This document shows positions 57,601 through 64,000 of a stretch of DNA of 64,000 nucleotides, one piece after another (position 1 is the first letter of the stretch; every line of letters begins with the position of its first letter). Source of the DNA: an uncultured delta proteobacterium (GTDB lineage Bacteria; Myxococcota_A; Polyangia; Fen-1088); contig CAVWIP010000006.1 in NCBI GenBank assembly GCA_963755125.1, positions 64,001-128,000 on the forward strand. The letters run 5' to 3'. The notes beneath the pieces are model-generated. The model was not told the origin of the DNA. It was given only the letters and a program-made list of their open reading frames with translations, and did not search any database. The translations under genes were made by a program, and so were the position numbers.

Positions 57601-59185
57601 TGGTGTTCAGAATGCCGTAGGTACCGCCGCACACGGTCTGGTCGCCAAGCGCCGTGTAGCTCACGGTTCCGGTCGCGCCACTGGTGATGGTGCTGCCACA
57701 GGTGACAGTCCCGGCCGCAGTTACCGAGCCCGTGCCCACGGAAAGCGTACCCGCGGTCAGCGTCAGGGGACCATTCGCGGTGAGCACGTTTCCACCCGTG
57801 GCCAGGGTACCCCCACTCAGCGTCAGGGTGCCGTTCGCTGTCACGTTTCCTTGCATGGTCGAGGTGCCGCCGCCAGAAACTGTCAGGTTGTTGAAGGTGA
57901 ACGCAGGGATGTTCTGCGCTGACGTCCTGTTGAAGTTGACCGTGCTGCCGGTCACGGTGGTGGTCCCGCTCCCGGGTGTGAAGGTTCCCGCGATGCCAAT
58001 CGTGCCCGTCGCTGCCAGGGTGTGGTCGGAGTTGCCTAGCGTCAGGTTGCCGTAGTTTCCGGCGCATACGTTCTGGTTCTGGCCCACGGGCCCGTTGTAG
58101 CTGACGGTTCCGCCATTGCCGCTCGTGATGGTGGTGCTGCCACAGGTGACGGTCCCATTCGCGGTTACCGAGCCCGTGGTCACGGAAAGGGTGCCCGCGG
58201 TCAGCGTCAGGGGACCGGCCGCGGTTACCGAGCCCGTGGTCACGGAAAAAGTGCCTGCAGTCAGCGTCAGCGGACCGTTCGCGTTCAGCGTTCTCGCGCC
58301 CACGGCAAGAGTGCCCGATGTCAGCGACAGGGTTCCGCTCACTGTCGTGGTGCCGGCCGCCAGGGTCGCGGTGCTGGTACTGGAGATATCCAGATTGTTG
58401 TAAGTGATCGCAGGAATGTTCTGCGCGGCCGTCCCGTTGAAGCTGATGGTGCCGGTGGCTAGAACGGTGTTCGCGGTTCCGGGCGTGAAGGTTGCAGCGA
58501 TGCCGACGACGCCGGTCGATGGCAGGGTCTTGGCGTAGGCGCTGAACGTGAGGCTGCCGTAGTTTCCAGCACACACATTCTGGCCGGCGGCCGCCTGGTT
58601 GTAGGTAAAGGTTGTTCCGACCGCGCTGATGGTGCTGGCGCAGGTGATGGCGCCGTTAACCGTCACGTTCGCGGTTGCGGTCACGGGGCTGGCTGCCGAA
58701 AGAGTCAGGTTGTTAAAGGACGTCGCGGCCGTTCCGCCTATCGAGGTGCCGCTCAGCGTGACATCGATGCGCGGAGTGACCGCGCTGCCCGTGCCGGCCG
58801 TGAAAGTCGCGTTATTCACCCATCTCCCGCCAACTGCGATCGAGTTCACCTGGGTTTCGCCTGCGGAGTTCTGTATGGTTCCGCCGTTCACCAGATCTCC
58901 CTTCACCAGAAGGGTTCCAGCACCATTCGCGCTTCCCAGGTCGAGCACGCCACCAGCGTTGACGGTCAGGCTTGCCAAGTTCGGCGTGGCGACATCGAGC
59001 GTCACGGTGTTGGCAATGGTAACGTCATCGCCGGCGACTGGCACATGACCGCACGACCAAGTGATGGTGCTCCAGTTGCCTGACCCACTACTGCTACAAG
59101 CCGCCGCCAGCGCTGGTCTTGGGCAAAGCAAGAGAGCCATTCCCAGCAGCGCCAGCAGCCCGACACACCGGAGTTGCGGTCGCAT
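54635..59185 (-). CDS. Large secreted C25 (gingipain-like) cysteine peptidase with N-terminal beta-solenoid adhesin-like region
   Basis: AGGAGGA RBS, signal peptide, Thr/Gly-rich repeats, PTAVRLVSF hinge, LAIGRLP, NYMGHS (His), SMTCW (Cys), LLGDP. Confidence 0.88.
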   Translation of the reverse strand: MRPQLRCVGLLALLGMALLLCPRPALAAACSSSGSGNWSTITWSCGHVPVAGDDVTIANTVTLDVATPNLASLTVNAGGVLDLGSANGAGTLLVKGDLVNGGTIQNSAGETQVNSIAVGGRWVNNATFTAGTGSAVTPRIDVTLSGTSIGGTAATSFNNLTLSAASPVTATANVTVNGAITCASTISAVGTTFTYNQAAAGQNVCAGNYGSLTFSAYAKTLPSTGVVGIAATFTPGTANTVLATGTISFNGTAAQNIPAITYNNLDISSTSTATLAAGTTTVSGTLSLTSGTLAVGARTLNANGPLTLTAGTFSVTTGSVTAAGPLTLTAGTLSVTTGSVTANGTVTCGSTTITSGNGGTVSYNGPVGQNQNVCAGNYGNLTLGNSDHTLAATGTIGIAGTFTPGSGTTTVTGSTVNFNRTSAQNIPAFTFNNLTVSGGGTSTMQGNVTANGTLTLSGGTLATGGNVLTANGPLTLTAGTLSVGTGSVTAAGTVTCGSTITSGATGTVSYTALGDQTVCGGTYGILNTSGSGTKSLAGNVTTTGAVNVGGGTTLDQGSTTNTLSSGGLMTVASGGAFTNTGTGTLTLNGGLTNNGTFLVGGNGGTCGGTTRATITSVAVQTWTGTGSFQLVNVTLKNQNNQVGGTITAFNATSTGGDTGFTLNATCTGAPSPTAVRLVSFTATVHGSRVLLKWQTAMETNNIGFRLYREAGDASSPVTPHLISGSALMAGLRATVSGGRSYVWWDDLPAGADARTTRYWLADVDLRGGQTFHGPVVPQPSNDPPPEVRNAPHMQQLAGLTGSGASPGSSVQGGPAGRVLRGLAPTTLTATAVQWTLASSRALKIGISQAGWYQVTGQNLIDHGLGNVDPTRLQLFADGQQIPLVIRGLARSRSLVPQSTVEFYATGIDSQWTGERSYWLAAGTSAGKRVGKVSAEASDAAPASFAFTVASAPKVIYFPALMNGNPDNKYFGPIVSTDATAPTTLALDVINPDAAPAGQAALDVAVQGVMDGAHVVAVLLNGTQVGQVQFDSQELGTAHLLLDQSTSLIEGSNQISLWAEGGDLDLSLVASVGLTYWRKYVADGDTLSMTAPGDSRLVVSGFKSPNIRVMDVTDTENPYELSAAVQSDGTSGYSVAINVAGAGVRNLLAFSDGAIASPDSLETNSPSSWHSADKAANLVVLTNAAVAGALAPLVQLRQGQGYVVAVVDVEDVYDEFSFGNKTPQALRDFLALASSTWRKRPGFVLLAGSASADPRNFLGYGDFDLVPTEFVDATYNYAASDDWLVDFNNDGLPDLAIGRLPVRDSTQAAAVVQKLVGYAGTAGADWRRTAVLVSDTATSDFDFPAASTAVAAQIPTSMFLTQIFRGDFADDTAAHAAVVGAFDQGALLVNYMGHSSETAWDGNLLSMDDVPLLTNGAKLPFVSSMTCWTGWFADPYGETLGESLLKTPQGGAIAVWASSGMTESAGQQTMDAAFMQLLFAAKKPTIGQAVAAAKAATSDLDVRRTWILLGDPTTRLQ
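58161..58280. repeat. 60-bp in-frame tandem repeat within the C25 passenger region
   Basis: Two adjacent copies encoding GPLTLTAGTxSVTTGSVTA; a third copy near 57718-57777. Confidence 0.8.
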
Positions 59186-59333
59186 CAGAATCCTCCTCGG
59201 CCCGGTGCCCGCACAGCCGCCCAGCGCGCGCATATCGTCGGGAAATTCATTTCAGTCCTCCTGGCAGCTGTGTTCCGGATACTTGTGAAAAGAACCAGGG
59301 TGGCCTTCTTATGCGCTCGGCCCCGGCTGCGAT

Positions 59334-62300
59334 CTATTGGAGTTTGGTGGTGGGATCGCCGAGCAAGATCCAGGTGCGGCGGACGTCGAGGTCGCTGGTC
59401 GCGGCCTTGGCCGCGGCGACTGCCTGCCCGATGGTCGGTTTCTTCGCCGCGAACAGTAGCTGCACGAAGGCCGTGTCCATGGTCTGTTGCCCGGCCGGCT
59501 CGGTCAGGCCTGAGCCGGCCCATACCGCGATGGCCCCGCCCTGCGGGGTCTTGAGCAGCGATTCGCCCAGGGTTTCGCCATAGGGGTCGGCAAACCAGCC
59601 GGTCCAGCAGGTCATGCTGGACACGAAGGGCAGCTTCGCCCCGTTGGTCAGCAGGGGAACGTCGTCCATGCTCAGCAGATTGCCGTCCCAGGCGGTTTCC
59701 GACGAGTGGCCCATGTAGTTGACCAGCAGCGCGCCCTGGTCGAACGCACCCACCACCGCCGCGTGCGCCGCCGTATCGTCGGCAAAATCGCCGCGGAATA
59801 TCTGCGTGAGAAACATGCTGGTCGGGATCTGCGCGGCCACGGCGGTGCTGGAGGCCGGGAAGTCGAAGTCGCTGGTGGCGGTGTCGGACACCAGCACGGC
59901 CGTCCTTCGCCAGACAGCGCCAGCCGTGCCAGCGTATCCCACCAGCTTCTGCACCACTGCCGCGGCCTGGGTGGAATCGCGCACGGGCAGGCGGCCGATG
60001 GCCAGTTCGGGCAGCCCATCGTTGTTGAAGTCGACCAACCAATCATCCGACGGGGCGTCGCTGTACGTCGCCTCGACGAATTCCGTCGGAACCAGGTCGA
60101 AATCCCCGTAGCCGAGGAAGTTGCGCGGGTCAGCGCTGGCCGAGCCGGCCAGCAGCACGAAGCCCGGCCGCTTGCGCCAGGTCGACGATGCCAAAGCCAG
60201 GAAGTCGCGCAGTGCCTGCGGTGTCTTGTTGCCAAAGCTGAACTCGTCGTACACGTCTTCCACGTCGACAACTGCGACCACGTAGCCCTGTCCCTGGCGC
60301 AGCTTGACCAGCGGTTGCAGTGCACCTGTCACGGCAGCGTTGGTCAGCACCACCAGATTGGCCGCCTTGTCAGCCGAGTGCCAGCTTGACGGGCTGTTGG
60401 TCTCCAAACTGTCCGGCGACGCGATCGCCCCGTCACTGAAGGCCAGCAGATTGTGCACGCCCGCGCCGGCCACGTTGGTCGTCACGGAATAGCCCGAAGT
60501 TCCATCGCTCTGCACCGCCGCGGAAAGCTCGTACGGGTTTTCCGTGTCGGTCACGTCCATCACGCGGATGTTCGGCGAGTTGAAGCCGCTGACCACCAGC
60601 CGGCTGTCACCCGGTGCGGTCATGGACAGGGTGTCGCCGTCCGCAACGTACTTGCGCCAGTAGGTCAACCCGACCGACGCCACCAGGCTGAGATCCAAAT
60701 CGCCACCCTCGGCCCACAGAGAGATCTGGTTGGACCCTTCGATCAGCGAAGTCGACTGGTCGAGCAGCAGGTGCGCGGTGCCAAGCTCCTGGCTGTCGAA
60801 CTGGACCTGGCCCACCTGGGTGCCGTTGAGCAGGACGGCCACAACGTGGGCGCCATCCATCACGCCCTGCACCGCCACGTCCAGCGCCGCCTGGCCCGCC
60901 GGGGCCGCATCCGGGTTGATCACGTCGAGTGCGAGCGTGGTCGGCGCCGTCGCGTCGGTGGACACGATCGGCCCAAAATACTTGTCCGGGTTGCCGTTCA
61001 TCAGCGCCGGGAAGTAGATCACTTTCGGCGCGGACGCGACAGTGAAGGCGAAGCTGGCGGGCGCAGCATCGCTGGCCTCTGCGCTGACCTTGCCGACCCG
61101 TTTGCCGGCGCTGGTCCCGGCCGCCAGCCAGTAGCTTCGCTCGCCGGTCCACTGGCTGTCGATTCCGGTGGCGTAGAACTCGGCGGTGCTTTGCGGAACC
61201 AGGCCGCGGCTGCGCGCCAGGCCTCTGATGACCAACGGAATCTGCTGGCCGTCGGTGAAAAGCTGGAGCCGGGTCGGATCGGCAGTGCCCAAACCATGGT
61301 CAATCAGGTCCTGCCCGGTCACCTGATACCAGCCGGCCTGCGAGATTCCGATCTTGAGTGCTCGGCTGGAAGCCAGCGTCCATTGCACTGCGGTCGCGGT
61401 CGGCGTGGTCGGCGCCAGGCCGCGAAAGACCCGTCCCGCTGGCCCGCCCTGCACACTGGATCCCGGCGAGGCGCCCGATCCGGTCAGTCCAGCAAGTTGT
61501 TGCATGTGGGGCGCATTACGCACCTCGGGTGGAGGGTCATTCGACGGCTGGGGAACGACGGGCCCGTGGAAGGTCTGCCCACCGCGCAGATCTACGTCCG
61601 CTAGCCAGTAGCGCGTGGTGCGGGCATCGGCGCCGGCAGGCAAGTCATCCCACCAGACATAGGACCGGCCGCCGGACACGGTGGCGCGCAGACCCGCCAT
61701 CAGGGCCGAGCCCGAGATCAAATGGGGCGTGACCGGGGACGAGGCATCGCCGGCCTCGCGGTATAGCCGGAAGCCGATGTTGTTGGTTTCCATGGCCGTC
61801 TGCCATTTCAGCAGAACCCGGCTGCCGTGAACCGTCGCCGTGAAGCTGACCAGGCGCACCGCCGTCGGGTCGCTGGCGCAGGTGGCACCGGTCGTGGTGT
61901 TGAAATTCGAGCTGCCGGTCTGGGTGGAATTGAAGGCGGTGATGGCGCCGCCGGTCTGGTTGTTCTGGTTATTCAGCGCAACGTCCGTTAGCTGGAAGGA
62001 TCCACTTCCCGTCCAGGTCTGCGCAGCGCCCGAGGTGATCGTCTCTTTCGAGGCACTGCCGCAGCCCGTGCCCCCGCCGTCCACCTTGAACGTACCGTTG
62101 TTGGTGAGACCGGCGGTGAGGGTGATAGTTCCCGAGCTGGTGCTGGTGAAGGCGCCATTGACCGTCATACGGCCGGTCGAGGTCAGGGTGTAGCTGCCAG
62201 ATTGGCTGAGGGTCGTCCCAGCGTTCACGGTGATGGTACCGTTTGCCGTGACATTCCCGCCCAAGGCCGTGGTGCCGCTGCCCGCTGTTTGCAGGTTGTT

Positions 62301-64000
62301 GAACGTGAACGCAGGGATCGTCTGTCCGCTGCCGTTGAAGCTGACCGTGCTGCCGGTGACCGTGGTGGCGATGCCTCCTGGCGTGAAGGTTCCCGCGATA
62401 CCGATGGTGCCCCCATTGATCAGGGTCTTGGTGCCTCCGCTGAACGTCAGGTTGTTGTAGTTGAAGGCAGGAACGGTCTGACCCACTGCCGCTTGGCTGA
62501 AGGTCACCGTGCTGCCGGTCACGACGTTTCCGGTCGCGGCTCCCGGTGTAAAGGCTCCTGCGATGGTGATCGCACCGTTGAGAGTCTTGGTGTTGGTGAA
62601 TGTCAGGCCCGCGTAGGTCCCGGGACACACGTTCTGCAGCGCGGCCCCGGTGTAGCTGACGAGTCCGCCCGTACTCGTGATCGTCCCGCCGTTGCAGTTC
62701 ACGGTCCCGCTCGCGGTCAGCGTGTTTGCGGCCACGGCAAGGGCGCCTGATGTGAGCGTCAGGGTGCCGCTCACGGTCTCGCTGCTCGTCAGTGTCACCC
62801 CAGTCGAATTGTTGATCTGCAGGGCACCAGTGATGGTGGTAGGTAGGCCGGTCCCCGTAGTTTGAGCGGCGGTCCCATTGTAGACGTAAGTGGCACCAGG
62901 GTCGAAGCTACTTGTCCCGGTGGTCGTGATGTTGCCCGGGATTCCGGTTGCCGAACCGATGCCGAGAGTTCCGCCGGAGGCCAGCGTGAAGGGACCCTGC
63001 ATGGATACGATGTTGGTGCCCGTGTTGAGCGTGCCGCCGCTGGCCACGGTGAGTGAATTTATATCTGTTGTTGCCGCCATGGGCAGAGGGAATGCGCTGC
63101 TGAGCGTCAGGGAGGCGCCATTCGCCACGACAAAGCTCACGTTGCTCTGCACCGCGATGCCACATGTGAACTCGAGCCAACCAGTTGCAGACTCCGAGAA
63201 GGTCTTGCCAGACCCAGTGAAATTGACGGTCGAGGGTGTCGCTCCGCCTGCCGAGTTCTGGGAAGCAAAGTACAACCCCGTGAAATTGAAGTTGCCTCCG
63301 AGATTGAGAACAGTAGTGCCACTGGCTGTGCCATTGCCTATGTTCAGATTGATGCTCGATGTACCCGTAACGTTGAAGTCACCGCCGATGTTGATAGTGG
63401 TGGTCCCCGAGGCGCGGTCGGCCAGCACGAGGCTGTGGGTGCCAGGACAGGCGCTGGAATTGGAAGTCGAGGACACCGTGAAGGTGCCATTGATCGTCGT
63501 GAGCGCTCCCGCCAGGTCGATCCTCGCGGTTTGAGCACTGGCCCACGTGAAGTTTCCGAAGGCTTGTCCCAGGCCGCCAGGAGTCGTCGCTGTCACGCCA
63601 GTGACCTGAACCATTGAATTTGGATCCCACGTTGCGGTTGGAATCGTTCCACCGTCCTGGGCGTGAGTGTATGTGCCCTTGCTAGCGAAGGTGAGTGTGC
63701 CAGTGATTGTTCCCGTGCCTGTCCGGCTGAGTGTGCCAGCCGAATTTACGGCGATGCTGGCGCCAGTTATCGTTCCCGTGGCTTGATTGATGGTCCCGCT
63801 CACGGATATAGCGCCAGACGATGACACATTGAATGTGGTGATGGTCAGTGTGGCGCCAGAAGCCACACTGAGGCTGCCTAGATTTGCCGTGGCCACATCG
63901 ACCGTCACCGTGTTGGGACTGACAATGGTGACGATGTCGCCAACAGCAGGCACATGACCACACGACCAAGTGATGGTACTCCAGTTGCCCGTTCCACCGC
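59334..64000 (-). CDS. Second C25 (gingipain-like) peptidase paralogue, 5' end outside the window
   Basis: Same C25 motifs; C-terminal ~2.5 kb nearly identical to 54635-57170; frame open at the edge (GNWSTITWSCGHVP). Confidence 0.88.
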   Translation of the reverse strand, partial: GGTGNWSTITWSCGHVPAVGDIVTIVSPNTVTVDVATANLGSLSVASGATLTITTFNVSSSGAISVSGTINQATGTITGASIAVNSAGTLSRTGTGTITGTLTFASKGTYTHAQDGGTIPTATWDPNSMVQVTGVTATTPGGLGQAFGNFTWASAQTARIDLAGALTTINGTFTVSSTSNSSACPGTHSLVLADRASGTTTINIGGDFNVTGTSSINLNIGNGTASGTTVLNLGGNFNFTGLYFASQNSAGGATPSTVNFTGSGKTFSESATGWLEFTCGIAVQSNVSFVVANGASLTLSSAFPLPMAATTDINSLTVASGGTLNTGTNIVSMQGPFTLASGGTLGIGSATGIPGNITTTGTSSFDPGATYVYNGTAAQTTGTGLPTTITGALQINNSTGVTLTSSETVSGTLTLTSGALAVAANTLTASGTVNCNGGTITSTGGLVSYTGAALQNVCPGTYAGLTFTNTKTLNGAITIAGAFTPGAATGNVVTGSTVTFSQAAVGQTVPAFNYNNLTFSGGTKTLINGGTIGIAGTFTPGGIATTVTGSTVSFNGSGQTIPAFTFNNLQTAGSGTTALGGNVTANGTITVNAGTTLSQSGSYTLTSTGRMTVNGAFTSTSSGTITLTAGLTNNGTFKVDGGGTGCGSASKETITSGAAQTWTGSGSFQLTDVALNNQNNQTGGAITAFNSTQTGSSNFNTTTGATCASDPTAVRLVSFTATVHGSRVLLKWQTAMETNNIGFRLYREAGDASSPVTPHLISGSALMAGLRATVSGGRSYVWWDDLPAGADARTTRYWLADVDLRGGQTFHGPVVPQPSNDPPPEVRNAPHMQQLAGLTGSGASPGSSVQGGPAGRVFRGLAPTTPTATAVQWTLASSRALKIGISQAGWYQVTGQDLIDHGLGTADPTRLQLFTDGQQIPLVIRGLARSRGLVPQSTAEFYATGIDSQWTGERSYWLAAGTSAGKRVGKVSAEASDAAPASFAFTVASAPKVIYFPALMNGNPDKYFGPIVSTDATAPTTLALDVINPDAAPAGQAALDVAVQGVMDGAHVVAVLLNGTQVGQVQFDSQELGTAHLLLDQSTSLIEGSNQISLWAEGGDLDLSLVASVGLTYWRKYVADGDTLSMTAPGDSRLVVSGFNSPNIRVMDVTDTENPYELSAAVQSDGTSGYSVTTNVAGAGVHNLLAFSDGAIASPDSLETNSPSSWHSADKAANLVVLTNAAVTGALQPLVKLRQGQGYVVAVVDVEDVYDEFSFGNKTPQALRDFLALASSTWRKRPGFVLLAGSASADPRNFLGYGDFDLVPTEFVEATYSDAPSDDWLVDFNNDGLPELAIGRLPVRDSTQAAAVVQKLVGYAGTAGAVWRRTAVLVSDTATSDFDFPASSTAVAAQIPTSMFLTQIFRGDFADDTAAHAAVVGAFDQGALLVNYMGHSSETAWDGNLLSMDDVPLLTNGAKLPFVSSMTCWTGWFADPYGETLGESLLKTPQGGAIAVWAGSGLTEPAGQQTMDTAFVQLLFAAKKPTIGQAVAAAKAATSDLDVRRTWILLGDPTTKLQ

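Noticed and set aside
54635..61866. Duplicated C25 halves as a diversity-generating retroelement or an assembly artefact
   Set aside because: No reverse transcriptase in the window, the repeat is kilobases long and differences do not look adenine-restricted; scattered substitutions and an in-frame indel argue for real paralogues

Overview
High-GC bacterial DNA whose gene content (AglRQS-like TolQR/ExbBD motor cluster, many sigma54 activators, Hanks kinase fusions, Cys-rich lipoproteins) points by inference to Myxococcota. I found no rRNA, tRNA, CRISPR array or transposase. Layout: 0-9 kb envelope and motility genes (OmpA-domain protein, MotA/ExbB plus two ExbD, PBP1A); 9-18.6 kb two paralogous beta-helix lipoproteins, a TPR protein, a DHH-like protein and cysE; 18.7-52.3 kb a very dense signalling region; 52.8-64 kb a Cys-rich lipoprotein and two tandem giant C25 (gingipain-like) proteins with near-identical C-halves and different N-halves. 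The best candidate for an undescribed system is a five-gene minus-strand operon at 26929-33940. It encodes a 103-aa peptide ending ...SPWKESNYY, a class I isoprenoid-synthase-fold (ComQ-like) enzyme, a divergent S8 protease, a polytopic PDZ/GAF sensor kinase and a sigma54 response regulator. Upstream lie a near-consensus sigma54 promoter (34009-34024) and two phased 16-bp palindromes. This resembles a self-activating prenylated-peptide (ComQXPA-like) quorum-sensing circuit rewired to sigma54 in a Gram-negative host. All assignments come from reading motifs by eye; no database searches were run.
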